64,000 nt of DNA from Gammaproteobacteria bacterium (GTDB lineage: Bacteria > Pseudomonadota > Gammaproteobacteria > Ga0077536), in NCBI GenBank assembly GCA_043744805.1, contig JAYTTZ010000131.1, positions 5,290 through 69,289 on the forward strand. The letters run 5' to 3'. The position numbers were made by a program, and so were the translations under genes. Shown here in pieces: positions 19,163 to 28,975 of the stretch. Position 1 is the stretch's first letter; each line of letters starts with the position of its first letter. The notes beneath the pieces are model-generated. The model saw nothing but the letters and a program-made list of their open reading frames with translations. It searched no databases and was not told the origin of the DNA.

Positions 19163-20959
19163 ATGAACGAGAAAGTAACCGTTGATTCCGCGATCGCGCA
19201 GACGAAGCTCGACCCGGTCACCTTCGAAGTCCTGCGCAGCATCTTCGAGTACGCGAGTGATCGCATGTCCACCGTGCTGCAGCGGGCGTCCTTCTCGCCC
19301 ATCCTGGCCGACATGGTGGATTTCTCGAACGCCATCTACGACTACGACTGCCAACTGCTGTCCCAGGCGGCCAACTGCCCGATCCACCTCGCCGCGATGA
19401 AGTTCAGCGCCGAGGCGATCATCGCCCGCTACGGCCTCGCCAACATCTACGAAGGCGATGTCATCTGCGTGAACGACCCCTACCAGGGCGGCACGCACAT
19501 CAACGACATGACGTTCCTCTCACCCATCTTCGTCGAGGGCGAACTGCTGGGCTTCGCGGTGAGCCGCGGGCACTGGATGGATCTCGGTGGTGGTGCCGCC
19601 GGTGGCCAGGCGTTCGCCGGTACCCACATCGCGGGCGAGGGCCTGCGCCTGCCGCCCGTCAAGATCTACGAGCGCAACGTGGTGCGCCAGGAAATCGTCG
19701 ATATCCTCATGAACAACACGCGCACGCCGCATTTCGTGAAGGGCGACCTCCAGGCGCATGTCGGCTGCCTGCGCGCAGGCACCCAGGAAATGCAGCGCGC
19801 CGCCGCCAAGTACGGCGTGATCACCCTCAAGATCGCGATGAAGCAGTTGCAGGAATACACCGAGCGCATCGTGCGCAAGAGCATCAGCGAGATCCCCGAT
19901 GGCGTGTACGAAGGCGAAGACTACGCGGATACGGACGGCTTCTCCGACAAACCCATCCAGATCAAGGTGAAGCTGATCGTGGAAGGCTCGGGCATCACGG
20001 TGGACTTCTCCGGTACCGACAGCGTGGTGAAAGGCGCGATCAATTCGCCCTATGCCAACACGGCGTCGGCTTCGCTGTACTCGCTGCAGTTCTTCCTCGC
20101 GCCGCATGCGCCGCAGAACCAGGGCATGTTCAACCCCATCACGCTGAAGATCCCCGAGAACTCCTGGCTGAACGCCAAATGGCCGGCACCGACCATCGGC
20201 TGCACCACGCTGACTTCCTCCAAGATCACGAGTGCCATCTGGCAGGCGCTGGCAAAAGCGATTCCGGAGCGCGTCACGGGTTCCACCAGTGCGGATTGCA
20301 ACTGGTTCGTGTCTTCCGTGGTGGCAACCAATGGCGCCACCGACGTGTTCTCCGACCTGCCGGCCGGTGGCTGGGGCGCGACACCCTACAGCGATGGCAT
20401 GAACGTCACCGAAGACCCGCTCGGCAACTGCATGAACATGCCGGCCGAAACGGCGGAAATCCTGTTCCCAATCGCCTACGAAGCTTTCGAACTGCGGCAG
20501 GACAGCGGTGGACCGGGACGCTATCGCGGTGGACTCGGTGCGATCTTCAAGGTGCGTTACCTCGCCGAAGGTGCGCTCAGCATGGAGACGGCCCGCACGC
20601 TCGAAGGCAGCCCTGGCGTTGCCGGTGGCGAGCATTCCGACGTGCAGCGCCAGACCAAGATCCACGCCGATGGCCGGAATGAAGTCATCGGCGGCCTCGA
20701 CACTGACGGTAGCTGGAAGAACCCGCTGCTCTGCGCGCATCCGTTCAGCCACGGCGAGACGTTCATGTTCGAGAGCACCGGCGGTGGCGGCTATGGCCTT
20801 GCGCTGGAGCGCGACCCGCAAGCGGTGCTCGACGACGTGCTGGACGAATACGTGTCGCTTGGCGCGGCCCGTGATCGTTACGGCGTGGTGATCGATCCAG
20901 CCTCCATGCAGATCGACGCGCAGGCCACGACGGCGTTGCGGCAGCGACTCGCCGCCTAG
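19163..20959 (+). CDS. hyuB: Hydantoinase/oxoprolinase family B subunit (HyuB-like)
   Basis: 598 aa. Hydantoinase_B features include DPVTFEVLRSIFEYASDRM, ...NDPYQGGTHINDM... and ...GGGGYGLALERDPQAVLDDV... It lies 25 nt downstream of the A subunit. Confidence 0.85.
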   Translation: MNEKVTVDSAIAQTKLDPVTFEVLRSIFEYASDRMSTVLQRASFSPILADMVDFSNAIYDYDCQLLSQAANCPIHLAAMKFSAEAIIARYGLANIYEGDVICVNDPYQGGTHINDMTFLSPIFVEGELLGFAVSRGHWMDLGGGAAGGQAFAGTHIAGEGLRLPPVKIYERNVVRQEIVDILMNNTRTPHFVKGDLQAHVGCLRAGTQEMQRAAAKYGVITLKIAMKQLQEYTERIVRKSISEIPDGVYEGEDYADTDGFSDKPIQIKVKLIVEGSGITVDFSGTDSVVKGAINSPYANTASASLYSLQFFLAPHAPQNQGMFNPITLKIPENSWLNAKWPAPTIGCTTLTSSKITSAIWQALAKAIPERVTGSTSADCNWFVSSVVATNGATDVFSDLPAGGWGATPYSDGMNVTEDPLGNCMNMPAETAEILFPIAYEAFELRQDSGGPGRYRGGLGAIFKVRYLAEGALSMETARTLEGSPGVAGGEHSDVQRQTKIHADGRNEVIGGLDTDGSWKNPLLCAHPFSHGETFMFESTGGGGYGLALERDPQAVLDDVLDEYVSLGAARDRYGVVIDPASMQIDAQATTALRQRLAA

Positions 20960-21130
20960 GCGTGCTGTTGGCGATCCGGGCTCGCGCCTGCATTGCTGTG
21001 GAACACCAGCACTGCAACCCGGGGACCGGATCGCCCCAAACTTCGGCACGCCTGCAGCGGGTAACGCGCGCCGGCAAGCGATGATCGAATCCACACCCGT
21101 GCCCGCCGTGCCGCCTGCCTTACCGCAACG

Positions 21131-22402
21131 ATGAACGTCCGGGCGCTGTGGCTGGCGCGTCATCGCCCCTGGGTGTTGCTGTGGCCGCTGGCCTTCGCCC
21201 AGGTGGTGTCCTGGGGCTCCCTTTACTACAGCTTCTCGCTCTTTGCCGGACCCATCAGTGCCGAACTCGGCTGGACGCTGCCGGCCTTGAACGGCGCGCT
21301 CACTGCGGGCCCGCTCGTGACGGGCCTGATGGCATATCCCATCGGGACCCTGCTGGATCGCAGCGGCGGACGCCACCTCATGAGCCTCGGTTCTCTGGGT
21401 GCGGGCCTGTTGTTGCTGGCCTGGTCGCAGGTGCAGTCGCTTGCGGGGTTCTACGTGCTGTGGCTGCTCCTGGGTGCGTGCATGTCCTGCGTCCTGATCG
21501 AACCAATGTTCGTCGTCATCCACCAGCAGTTTGGTGCCAATGCCCGGCGCGGCGTGATTGCAGCGACCTTGGTCACCGGATTTTCGGGCACGGTGTTCGT
21601 GCCGTTCATCGGCTACCTGCTGGCGCACATGGACTGGCGCAGCTGCCTGCTGGTGCTGGGTGCGCTGAATCTCGCATTCAACGTACCGGTGCATTTCGTT
21701 TTCAACCCGCCGCGGCGTTCGAACACGCGCAGTGCGCCGGTCGAAGACCCCGCTGCTGGTCGCGCCATACTGCGCGCGCGGCTGCGTAATCCCGTCTTCT
21801 GGGGGCTGGTGTGCTGGTACACCTCCTACAGCTTCACGGCCTCGAGCCTCATCTTCCAGCTGGTGCCCGTGCTGGGCGCTGAGGGGGTTGCGCGCGACGA
21901 CATCTATTTCTGCTTCGCGCTCATCGGCCCGGCGCAGGTCGGCGCGCGGATCCTGATGGTCACGCTCGGGCGTCGCGGGAGCACGGCGCGATTCGGGGCC
22001 ATGACCACGTCCATCGTGCCGGTGGCGCTGCTGGTATTGCTCTACGCACCGCCGACCACGACCTGGTTGAGCGTCTTTTCGGTCTGCTTCGGCATCGGGC
22101 ACGGCGTCACCACGATCCTGCGGGGCGTTGCCCCGGCCGAGTGGCTGGGCCGTGAACACCTCGCCCGGACCATGGGCGCCATCGCGCTGCCGATGATGTT
22201 CGCGATGGCGCTGGCGCCCTTGATCACGGCCTCGGTGTGGTCGGCGACCGGCAGCCCGCGCGCGGTCTGGACGCTGATCCTCGCCGGGTCCTGCATGGGT
22301 ATGGCGGGCTACGCGCTGGCCGTCGGCGCGCGCTATCGACAGCGTCGGCACGCCGTACTCCTGCCGACCGCAGAGCCCCCCGGGCCTGGCGCGTTTCCGT
22401 GA
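21131..22402 (+). CDS. MFS transporter
   Basis: 423 aa with about 12 predicted TM helices in a two-times-six arrangement. Confidence 0.7.
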   Translation: MNVRALWLARHRPWVLLWPLAFAQVVSWGSLYYSFSLFAGPISAELGWTLPALNGALTAGPLVTGLMAYPIGTLLDRSGGRHLMSLGSLGAGLLLLAWSQVQSLAGFYVLWLLLGACMSCVLIEPMFVVIHQQFGANARRGVIAATLVTGFSGTVFVPFIGYLLAHMDWRSCLLVLGALNLAFNVPVHFVFNPPRRSNTRSAPVEDPAAGRAILRARLRNPVFWGLVCWYTSYSFTASSLIFQLVPVLGAEGVARDDIYFCFALIGPAQVGARILMVTLGRRGSTARFGAMTTSIVPVALLVLLYAPPTTTWLSVFSVCFGIGHGVTTILRGVAPAEWLGREHLARTMGAIALPMMFAMALAPLITASVWSATGSPRAVWTLILAGSCMGMAGYALAVGARYRQRRHAVLLPTAEPPGPGAFP

Positions 22403-23640
22403 CGCCTCAGCGACACGCCGGCTGGCGCGACTACCTGGGACTCTGCTGCCTGGTGCTGGCCGGGGAGGCCATCTTCAGCCTGCCGTTCCATGTGCCACGC
22501 TTCTTCAAGCCGACGATGCTGGACGCCTTCGGGATCACCAACACGGCGCTCGGGGACGCCTTCGCGATCTACGGGCTGACGGCGATGCTGAGTTACGTGC
22601 CCGGGGGCTGGCTCGCGGACCGCCTGCCGGCACGCGGGCTCATCGTCGCCGCACTGCTGGCGACGGCACTCGGTGGCGCCTATCTCGCGAGCTATCCCGG
22701 CCCGGTCGGCCTGCGCTGCCTATATGCCTGGTGGGGCGTGACGACGATCCTCCTCTTCTGGGCGGCGATGATCCGCGCGACGCGGGAGTGGGGTGGGCCG
22801 CTGCGCCAGGGTCGCGCCTTCGGGCTGCTGGAAGCAGGGCGCGGACTGATGGCTGCCGTGTCGGCAAGCCTGGCGGTGCTCGTGCTTGCGCACGCGCTGG
22901 GTGGGCTTGCGCCGACGAGTGCGACGCGGATCTCGGCGCTCCGCGAAGTCATCCTCTTCTACACCGGCATTACGCTCGCCATTGCCGGGCTCTGCGCGTG
23001 GCTCATGCCTGCGCGCGCGCCGCACATCGAGACCCGTCCCGTAGCAGAGATCCGGCGTGGCACGGCAGTCAGCATCTGGTTGCAGGCGGCAGTGGTCGTC
23101 GCGGCGTACTGCGGCTATAAGGGCCTCGACAACTACGCGCTGTATCTTGTTTCGGCCTTCGGCATGGACGAGGTGCGCGCGGCCTCCTTCATGGCGGGTG
23201 CGGCGTGGTTGCGACCCCTGACGGCTTTGATCGCCGGCGTGCTGGCGGATCGACTGCGGCCCAGCAGCCTGCTCGTTGCAATCTTCGGCGTTTCCGCAGT
23301 GGCCGCGGCCTGCCTCGGACTCGTCGGACCAGGCCCTGCATTCAATGGCGTACTGATGGCCAACGCCATCACCAGCATCGCGATGGTCTACGCCTTGCGC
23401 GGGGTTTACTTCGTCCTCATGGAAGAATCCGGTGTCCCGGCCGCGCGCACCGGGTTTGTTGCGGGCGTGATTTCGGTGCTGGGCTTCTCGCCGGACGTGT
23501 TCTTCGCGCCGCTCGCAGGGCGTCTGCTGGATGCGCACGCGGGCATCGCGGGTTTGCAGCAGTACTTCCTGCTGCTGGCCGCCCTCGCGACCTGTGGCGC
23601 GCTGGTCGCCGGTCTGCTGGCACGCCAGTTAAAGAGCTGA
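22399..23640 (+). CDS. MFS transporter (second, paralogous)
   Basis: About 413 aa from the GTG at 22399, which overlaps the upstream stop (GTGA). Multi-TM protein. The ORF-track start at 22237 would overlap the previous gene by 166 nt and was rejected. Confidence 0.65.
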   Translation: MTPQRHAGWRDYLGLCCLVLAGEAIFSLPFHVPRFFKPTMLDAFGITNTALGDAFAIYGLTAMLSYVPGGWLADRLPARGLIVAALLATALGGAYLASYPGPVGLRCLYAWWGVTTILLFWAAMIRATREWGGPLRQGRAFGLLEAGRGLMAAVSASLAVLVLAHALGGLAPTSATRISALREVILFYTGITLAIAGLCAWLMPARAPHIETRPVAEIRRGTAVSIWLQAAVVVAAYCGYKGLDNYALYLVSAFGMDEVRAASFMAGAAWLRPLTALIAGVLADRLRPSSLLVAIFGVSAVAAACLGLVGPGPAFNGVLMANAITSIAMVYALRGVYFVLMEESGVPAARTGFVAGVISVLGFSPDVFFAPLAGRLLDAHAGIAGLQQYFLLLAALATCGALVAGLLARQLKS

Positions 23641-24085
23641 GCGACCTCGCATCAAGCCTCGACGGATTCGATCGGCAATGTTTCTCTGGCTGCTGTGCTG
23701 CCTGTCGCCACCGCGCGCCGGCGCCGCGACGCCGACAGGGTCCGGCATGGCGCGGCGCGAAGCGGCCGATGGCGTGGTGATCGGTGAACTGCTGGGGCCT
23801 CTTGCGGTGACCGGCGAGCACGGCAAGTCCGTGGGTGCCTATACCGTCCTCTCGGCGCAGGACTATCGCGCCGATGTCCTTCCCTCGGGCGAGCTTGCCG
23901 GCGTGTCGGCGCTGGTCTACCCGATGCCCGGTTGCAAGGGCGCCCCGTTCCCCGCTGCACGTCCGCCCACGAAGCCCCTTGACCGGACTTCGTGGGCAGC
24001 CCGGAGAAGCACGTCCCGGACTGCTTGTCTCGCCTGTTCTTGCCCGTGTCCTTGCGTGTGCAAGGCAGCCGCTGTCCCGCTGGCC

Positions 24086-25738
24086 TCAGCCCAGCCGGAA
24101 GCCGGCGTGATTCCCGGCTTTTGATTCGCGCCACTGCTGCAGGTAATCGGGGATCCCGCGCGGGTAGTTGATCATCTGGCGCGCCTTGCCGGGGACATTC
24201 GCCGACATGTACCAGGACTCCGCCTTGCCGAACAGGGTGCCCGCCGCGTACTCGTCGATGCGCTTTCGCCAGGCCTGGTCGGACTCCGGCGAAGACTCGA
24301 TGCGGGTGTGGCCGCGGGCGCGCAGGAAGTCGAGCAACTGGACGATTTCCTCGCCGTGCAGTTCCGAACTGCTCGGCCCGTTCGAAAGCCCCGCAGGCGC
24401 CTGCGGCCCATAGACGAAGAACATGTTCGGGAACCCGGTGGTCATGGAGCCGAGATAGGCGGACACGCCGTCCTGCCAGTGTTCCTTCAGCGTCTCGCCC
24501 CCGGTGCCGTGGATATCCATCTGGGTCAGCCCGCCCGTCACCATGTCGAAACCGGTGGCGAGGACCAGCGCGTCGAGCCGGTGCAACTGCCCATCGCGCG
24601 TCAGGACACCGTCGGCAGTGATGCGTTCGATGGGCGACGCCAGCAAGTCAACCAGCGTGACATTGGGCTGGTTGTAGACCTCGTAGTAGCGCTGTTCCAG
24701 AGAAATGCGTTTCACGCCATACGGATGTGGCGGCAAGGTAGGGGCAAGCTTTTCGGCGACCTGCGGATCGCGGATCCGCTGGCGGACCTTGTCGCGCCAG
24801 AACTCGTAGGCCACGGTGTTCAGCGTCTCGTCGGTCCAGATCTGCGCGAAGTTGCCGAGCCACGGAACGAATCCGCCTTCTGCCCAGTACTGCTCGTACT
24901 GCTCGAGGATCTGCGCGCGACTCAGGCCCTCTGCGGATTCGCCGGCATAGTCGTTGAAGTCGTACTCGTAGCCACCAAAGGTCCGGGCACGCTTTGCATA
25001 CTTCTCCTCCAGGCCAATCTTGAGCGCGTTGTTCTCGGCGTGGTCGAGCTGGCGTTGCCGCATGGGCAACGCCATGTTGGGCGTGCGCTGGAAGACCGTG
25101 AGGTGCTCGACCATCGGGCCCAGTTCCTGGATGACCTGAACGCCGGTCGCGCCCGTGCCGATCACGCCGACCTTCTGTCCCGTGAAATCGACGCCGCCCT
25201 GCGGCCAGCGCGCCGTGTGGTAGCACTGGCCCTTGAAGTCTGACAGTCCGGGGATCTCGGGCTGGTAGGGCCTGGAACCGATCCCGGTGCACAGTACGAG
25301 GTTCCGTGCGTGCGCGATGTGGCCGCTGTCGGTGCGCACGATCCAGCGGCGCGAAGCTGCGTCGAAGCGCGCCCCTTCCACGCGGGTCGAATAGCGGATG
25401 TCGCGGCTGAGGTCGAGCTTCTGGTCGACGTACTCGAAATACCTGCGCAGTTCATCCCAGCCCGGGAAGAGTTCGCTGAATTCCCAATCCTTCCAGAGAC
25501 CCTTCAGCGCAAGCTGGTACATCGGACCATGCGTATCGCAACGTGCGCCGGGATAGCAGTTCCAGTACCAGACGCCGCCGAGCCGCGGCGCGGCTTCGAA
25601 GATCTTGACCGAGAAGCCGAGGTCGCGCAGGCGATCCAGCTGGTAGAGACCCGAGAATCCGGCACCAACGACGAGGACATCGAGTGTCTCGATCGCGGAG
25701 TCGGGTGCTTCGCAGCCTTCTTTCAGAACGGCATTCAT
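24086..25738 (-). CDS. Baeyer-Villiger (type I flavin-containing) monooxygenase
   Basis: Two Rossmann motifs (VLVVGAGFSGL and VGVIGTGATGVQ) and the BVMO fingerprint FKGQCYHTARWPQ (FxGxxxHxxxWP). Start taken at the internal MNAVLKEG. Confidence 0.8.
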   Translation of the reverse strand: MNAVLKEGCEAPDSAIETLDVLVVGAGFSGLYQLDRLRDLGFSVKIFEAAPRLGGVWYWNCYPGARCDTHGPMYQLALKGLWKDWEFSELFPGWDELRRYFEYVDQKLDLSRDIRYSTRVEGARFDAASRRWIVRTDSGHIAHARNLVLCTGIGSRPYQPEIPGLSDFKGQCYHTARWPQGGVDFTGQKVGVIGTGATGVQVIQELGPMVEHLTVFQRTPNMALPMRQRQLDHAENNALKIGLEEKYAKRARTFGGYEYDFNDYAGESAEGLSRAQILEQYEQYWAEGGFVPWLGNFAQIWTDETLNTVAYEFWRDKVRQRIRDPQVAEKLAPTLPPHPYGVKRISLEQRYYEVYNQPNVTLVDLLASPIERITADGVLTRDGQLHRLDALVLATGFDMVTGGLTQMDIHGTGGETLKEHWQDGVSAYLGSMTTGFPNMFFVYGPQAPAGLSNGPSSSELHGEEIVQLLDFLRARGHTRIESSPESDQAWRKRIDEYAAGTLFGKAESWYMSANVPGKARQMINYPRGIPDYLQQWRESKAGNHAGFRLG

Positions 25739-26099
25739 ACGTGCTCCCCTCGAACCCGCTGTTCCCGTCACGCGGCTGCAGGCGATTATTGTTTTTCTGG
25801 ATTGGCTTCAGGCCAGGCACGGCGAACTGGGCGTTACGCGACGCTGGCTCTGGCGCCAACTTTCGTTTGCCGACGTGGCGCTGTCAACACGCCCTTGCCC
25901 GCTGCGCACGTTGGGATGCCGGTGTCCGGCGCGGCGCCATAACAGGCACGCATGTGCAGCCGAACCAGGCTCGACGACGGTTTACCCTGAATGGGGCAAA
26001 CGTCGGGCAAGGGCGATTCCGGCCGTCTACCGCTCATGGGACTCATGCGCTAAGGTCGATGCCCGCCGACCAGGTGTCCAACCGACCAGGAGTGCTGCA

Positions 26100-26480
26100 A
26101 TGCCAAAAAAATATACCTTCCTCGCTTTCACCAACCCGACACCCGGGAAGGAGGACGAATACAACGCGTGGTACGAAGAGCATCACCTGAAGGACGTGAT
26201 CAATTGCCCCGGTTTCGTCTCGGCGCGACGCTTCCGGCTTGCGAGCACGCAGTTCCAGTTCAACACGGTCACGCCGGCCTATCGCTACCTCGCGCTTTAC
26301 GAAATCGAGACCGACGACATCGAAGGTTCGCTGCAGGAAATCGTCAACCGTGCCGGTACGGCGGACATGGTGATGGTGGATGCGATCGACATGGGCAGCC
26401 TGAGTGCGCCGGTCTATGAAGAAGTCACACCCCTGATCCTCGCCAAGGACGTCAAGCGTCCCCGACGCGTTCAGGCCTGA
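26100..26480 (+). CDS. Small hypothetical protein (about 126 aa), possibly a dimeric alpha/beta-barrel fold
   Basis: MPKKYTFLAFTNPTPGKEDEYNAWYEEHHLKDV... with an ATG at 26100. The composition resembles small stress/EthD/Dabb-like proteins. No firm family call. Confidence 0.4.
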   Translation: MPKKYTFLAFTNPTPGKEDEYNAWYEEHHLKDVINCPGFVSARRFRLASTQFQFNTVTPAYRYLALYEIETDDIEGSLQEIVNRAGTADMVMVDAIDMGSLSAPVYEEVTPLILAKDVKRPRRVQA

Positions 26481-26677
26481 AGCTGGCGGCCATGACGGGT
26501 GTCGTCGCGCCACGCGCGCACGACCCCGTCGTGACCATGGGTGAAGAGGTGGCGCGCTTCCCGAAGATTGGCGACCTGCTGGAGCCCGCGTAGGACGGCT
26601 TGATCCAGATGCCCTGCGCTGCCGCTTCGCAAAAAGACACGGCCCCGCAAAGGGCCGTTCCAGCCCGGCGGGTGAAC

Positions 26678-28963
26678 TCAGCCGAGATTGACCTGGATAT
26701 CCTTGAGCACCCCGTCCTTCACCACCGCAATCTCGTTGTCGAGCTGCGCACCGCAGCCCGGGCAGAAAAACTGGCGGAAAGTCACGGCGTCGTCGATGAA
26801 GCGCATCGGATCGCCAATGAGCGGATTGCAGTCCTCCACCGGGTGGTCTTCGCGCAGGCATCCGTCCTTGTAGTTGCCATCGATCGGGCCGAGATCCGTC
26901 GCGCACTTGGCGCAGGCCCAGTGGGCGCCGTGTCCGGTGTGGCGTAAATGCAGGTTGACGCTCGCTTCGCACAGGACCGCGCCGTCGAGCGTGGAGGTCT
27001 GGCGCGCCCCCCTGGCGACGCGCGCGCTGCGCAGCGCCGCGCGATGCGTGGCGCTGGCTTCTTCGTCCAGCCTGCCTGCGTCGTCGAGCACCGCGCCGTA
27101 GAGGGTATGCGCGGCTTCCGGCGTGACGGCGTAGTGCTCCAGATCTTCCGCGATGTCTTCCAGCGCCCGGTCCATCGGATCGCCAAAGCCGCCGCCACCG
27201 GTCCAGCGCACGGCATAGACGTCGGACTTGTGCTGCAGGAAGTTCTCCTGGCGCAGGCCGAGCATTTCCTCCTTGCCGGTCACTTCGCGGATGTCATCCA
27301 CCATGTGGCTGGAGGACATCCTGGCGAGGATGTCGGTATCGCGCAGGAAGGTGTAGGCATTGGTGGTGGACGGGTAGCCGCCCATCATCCCGGTAGACGT
27401 GGGCGTGGCGTTGCCGGACGACAGGGTGTCCTGCGTGATGACGTCGGTGTTGTGCGGAATGAAGCAGCTCTCGGCCGAAAGCCCGCCGCGGTACTTGCCG
27501 GCGCCGCCGGAGTCCGGCAGTTCCTTGCGGTACAGGAAGAGGATCGGGAAGCTCTGTTCGGTGTGCTCGATGTTCGGCAGCTGGCAGATGGGCGTGCGTG
27601 ACTGGCCACCGGTATTGATGCCGTCGGCGTGCGAGAACGCGCCGATGGCGCCGCCGATGGGATCGATCAGCAGGTAGCCGTAGCGTTCCCCCCACTGGTC
27701 GGTGCCGCGGAACAAGGTCGCGGGCCACTGGCTGGTGCCACCGATGCACATGATGTCCTTACGCATCTCGGCGTCCGGGTAAATCATCTTCGACAGCACG
27801 TTGTAGGCGGGGTAGAGCGAAATCTCCATCGACTGGATCGGCGCGGTGGACACCGACGCCGGGAAATTCGCGCAGTTCAGCGTGCCCGGGACCGGATCGA
27901 ACTCGATGTGGCGCAGCGCACCGCCCACCGCGAAGTACTGGTCCCAGCACAGCAGTTCCGTCACCGCCACCATGATGGCGCCGCGCCAGCCGGAGTAGGT
28001 GGCGTTCATCGCGCCTTCCTGTTCGGCCGTGCCGTCGTTGGTGAACAGCAGCTTGTTGCCTTCCTTGCGCAGCTGGATCTGCACGCGATGGGTCCGGCGA
28101 TCGCCCGGACGGCAGGCTTCGATGTAAGTGCGGTCCTGCCAGAGGCCGTCGGGGATGCGGGTCATCTTCTCCAGGAAGGACTTCTCGGAATTGTCGATGA
28201 TCTGCTTCATCACGCCCTTGACCGTGGCCGGCCCGTAGCGGCGGATGAGTTCCAGCACGCGGTTGCGCGCCGTGGTGTTGCCGGCCATCTGCGCGCGGAA
28301 GTCGAGCGCCACCAGTTGCGGCTTGCGCGAAGCCCGCAGGTAGACGGCCTCGATGTCGCGGCGGATCTCGCCGTTCTCGATGATCTTGATCGGGGGCAGC
28401 ATGATGCCTTCGTCGTAGGCCGATTCCGCCGACGGGCAGAAGCTGCCCGGGGTGATGCCGCCGATGTCGTACTGGTGGAGGCAGTTGGTGACCCAGCAGA
28501 AGAGCTCGCCTTCCCAGAACACCGGGCACAGCAGCATCACGTCCTGCTGGTGCGCGGCGCCGACCCAGGGATCGTTGGCGAGGAACATGTCGCCGTCGTT
28601 GATGCCCGGGTTGTCGCTGCGGTTTTCAAGCGTCCATTTCACCTGGGTGTCCGTCACGCCGGACATGTACTGCATGTAGGGACCGAAGTAGACGAACTCC
28701 GCGTCCTCGGTCAGCAGCGAGGGATTGAGATCCAGCGCGTACATCGCCACCGGCGATCCCGACAGGCGCTGGATGGTGGCGCCATGTTCTTCGTTGATCT
28801 GCCAGAGGTTGTGGCGCACCACCTCGTAGGTGATCGGATCGATGTTCTTTTCCCAGTCGCGGTGCAGCTTCAACTTGGGCGAAATCCGCAGTTCCTTCGG
28901 CGGCACGTAGGGGTGGTTGACGCCATCGAAGTCGACGCCGGTGATTTCACTGATGCGGGGCAT
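26678..28963 (-). CDS. Hydantoinase B / acetone-carboxylase alpha-like subunit with a C-terminal Cys-rich zinc-ribbon extension
   Basis: 761 aa. The hydantoinase_B core runs from about residue 40 to 610 (IDPITYEVVRHNLWQINEEHG ... RWTGGGGFGDPMDRALEDI). A further ~150 aa tail carries CAKC ... C ... C ... CPGCG, i.e. two CxxC pairs. Confidence 0.8.
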   Translation of the reverse strand: MPRISEITGVDFDGVNHPYVPPKELRISPKLKLHRDWEKNIDPITYEVVRHNLWQINEEHGATIQRLSGSPVAMYALDLNPSLLTEDAEFVYFGPYMQYMSGVTDTQVKWTLENRSDNPGINDGDMFLANDPWVGAAHQQDVMLLCPVFWEGELFCWVTNCLHQYDIGGITPGSFCPSAESAYDEGIMLPPIKIIENGEIRRDIEAVYLRASRKPQLVALDFRAQMAGNTTARNRVLELIRRYGPATVKGVMKQIIDNSEKSFLEKMTRIPDGLWQDRTYIEACRPGDRRTHRVQIQLRKEGNKLLFTNDGTAEQEGAMNATYSGWRGAIMVAVTELLCWDQYFAVGGALRHIEFDPVPGTLNCANFPASVSTAPIQSMEISLYPAYNVLSKMIYPDAEMRKDIMCIGGTSQWPATLFRGTDQWGERYGYLLIDPIGGAIGAFSHADGINTGGQSRTPICQLPNIEHTEQSFPILFLYRKELPDSGGAGKYRGGLSAESCFIPHNTDVITQDTLSSGNATPTSTGMMGGYPSTTNAYTFLRDTDILARMSSSHMVDDIREVTGKEEMLGLRQENFLQHKSDVYAVRWTGGGGFGDPMDRALEDIAEDLEHYAVTPEAAHTLYGAVLDDAGRLDEEASATHRAALRSARVARGARQTSTLDGAVLCEASVNLHLRHTGHGAHWACAKCATDLGPIDGNYKDGCLREDHPVEDCNPLIGDPMRFIDDAVTFRQFFCPGCGAQLDNEIAVVKDGVLKDIQVNLG

Positions 28964-28975
28964 TGGGGTTTCCTC

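Noticed and set aside
19520-22351. 943-aa ORF on the - strand
   Set aside because: It is antisense to the hyuB and MFS genes. The translation is dominated by Arg/Gly/Pro/Gln runs (RPDRARAAGRRPHRGRDQGRQRHREHHRQRD...), a GC-rich antisense artefact.
22237-22398. Upstream extension of the second MFS gene to the ORF-track start at 22237
   Set aside because: It would overlap the first MFS gene by 166 nt. The GTG at 22399 overlapping the upstream stop (GTGA) gives a normal TM1 start.
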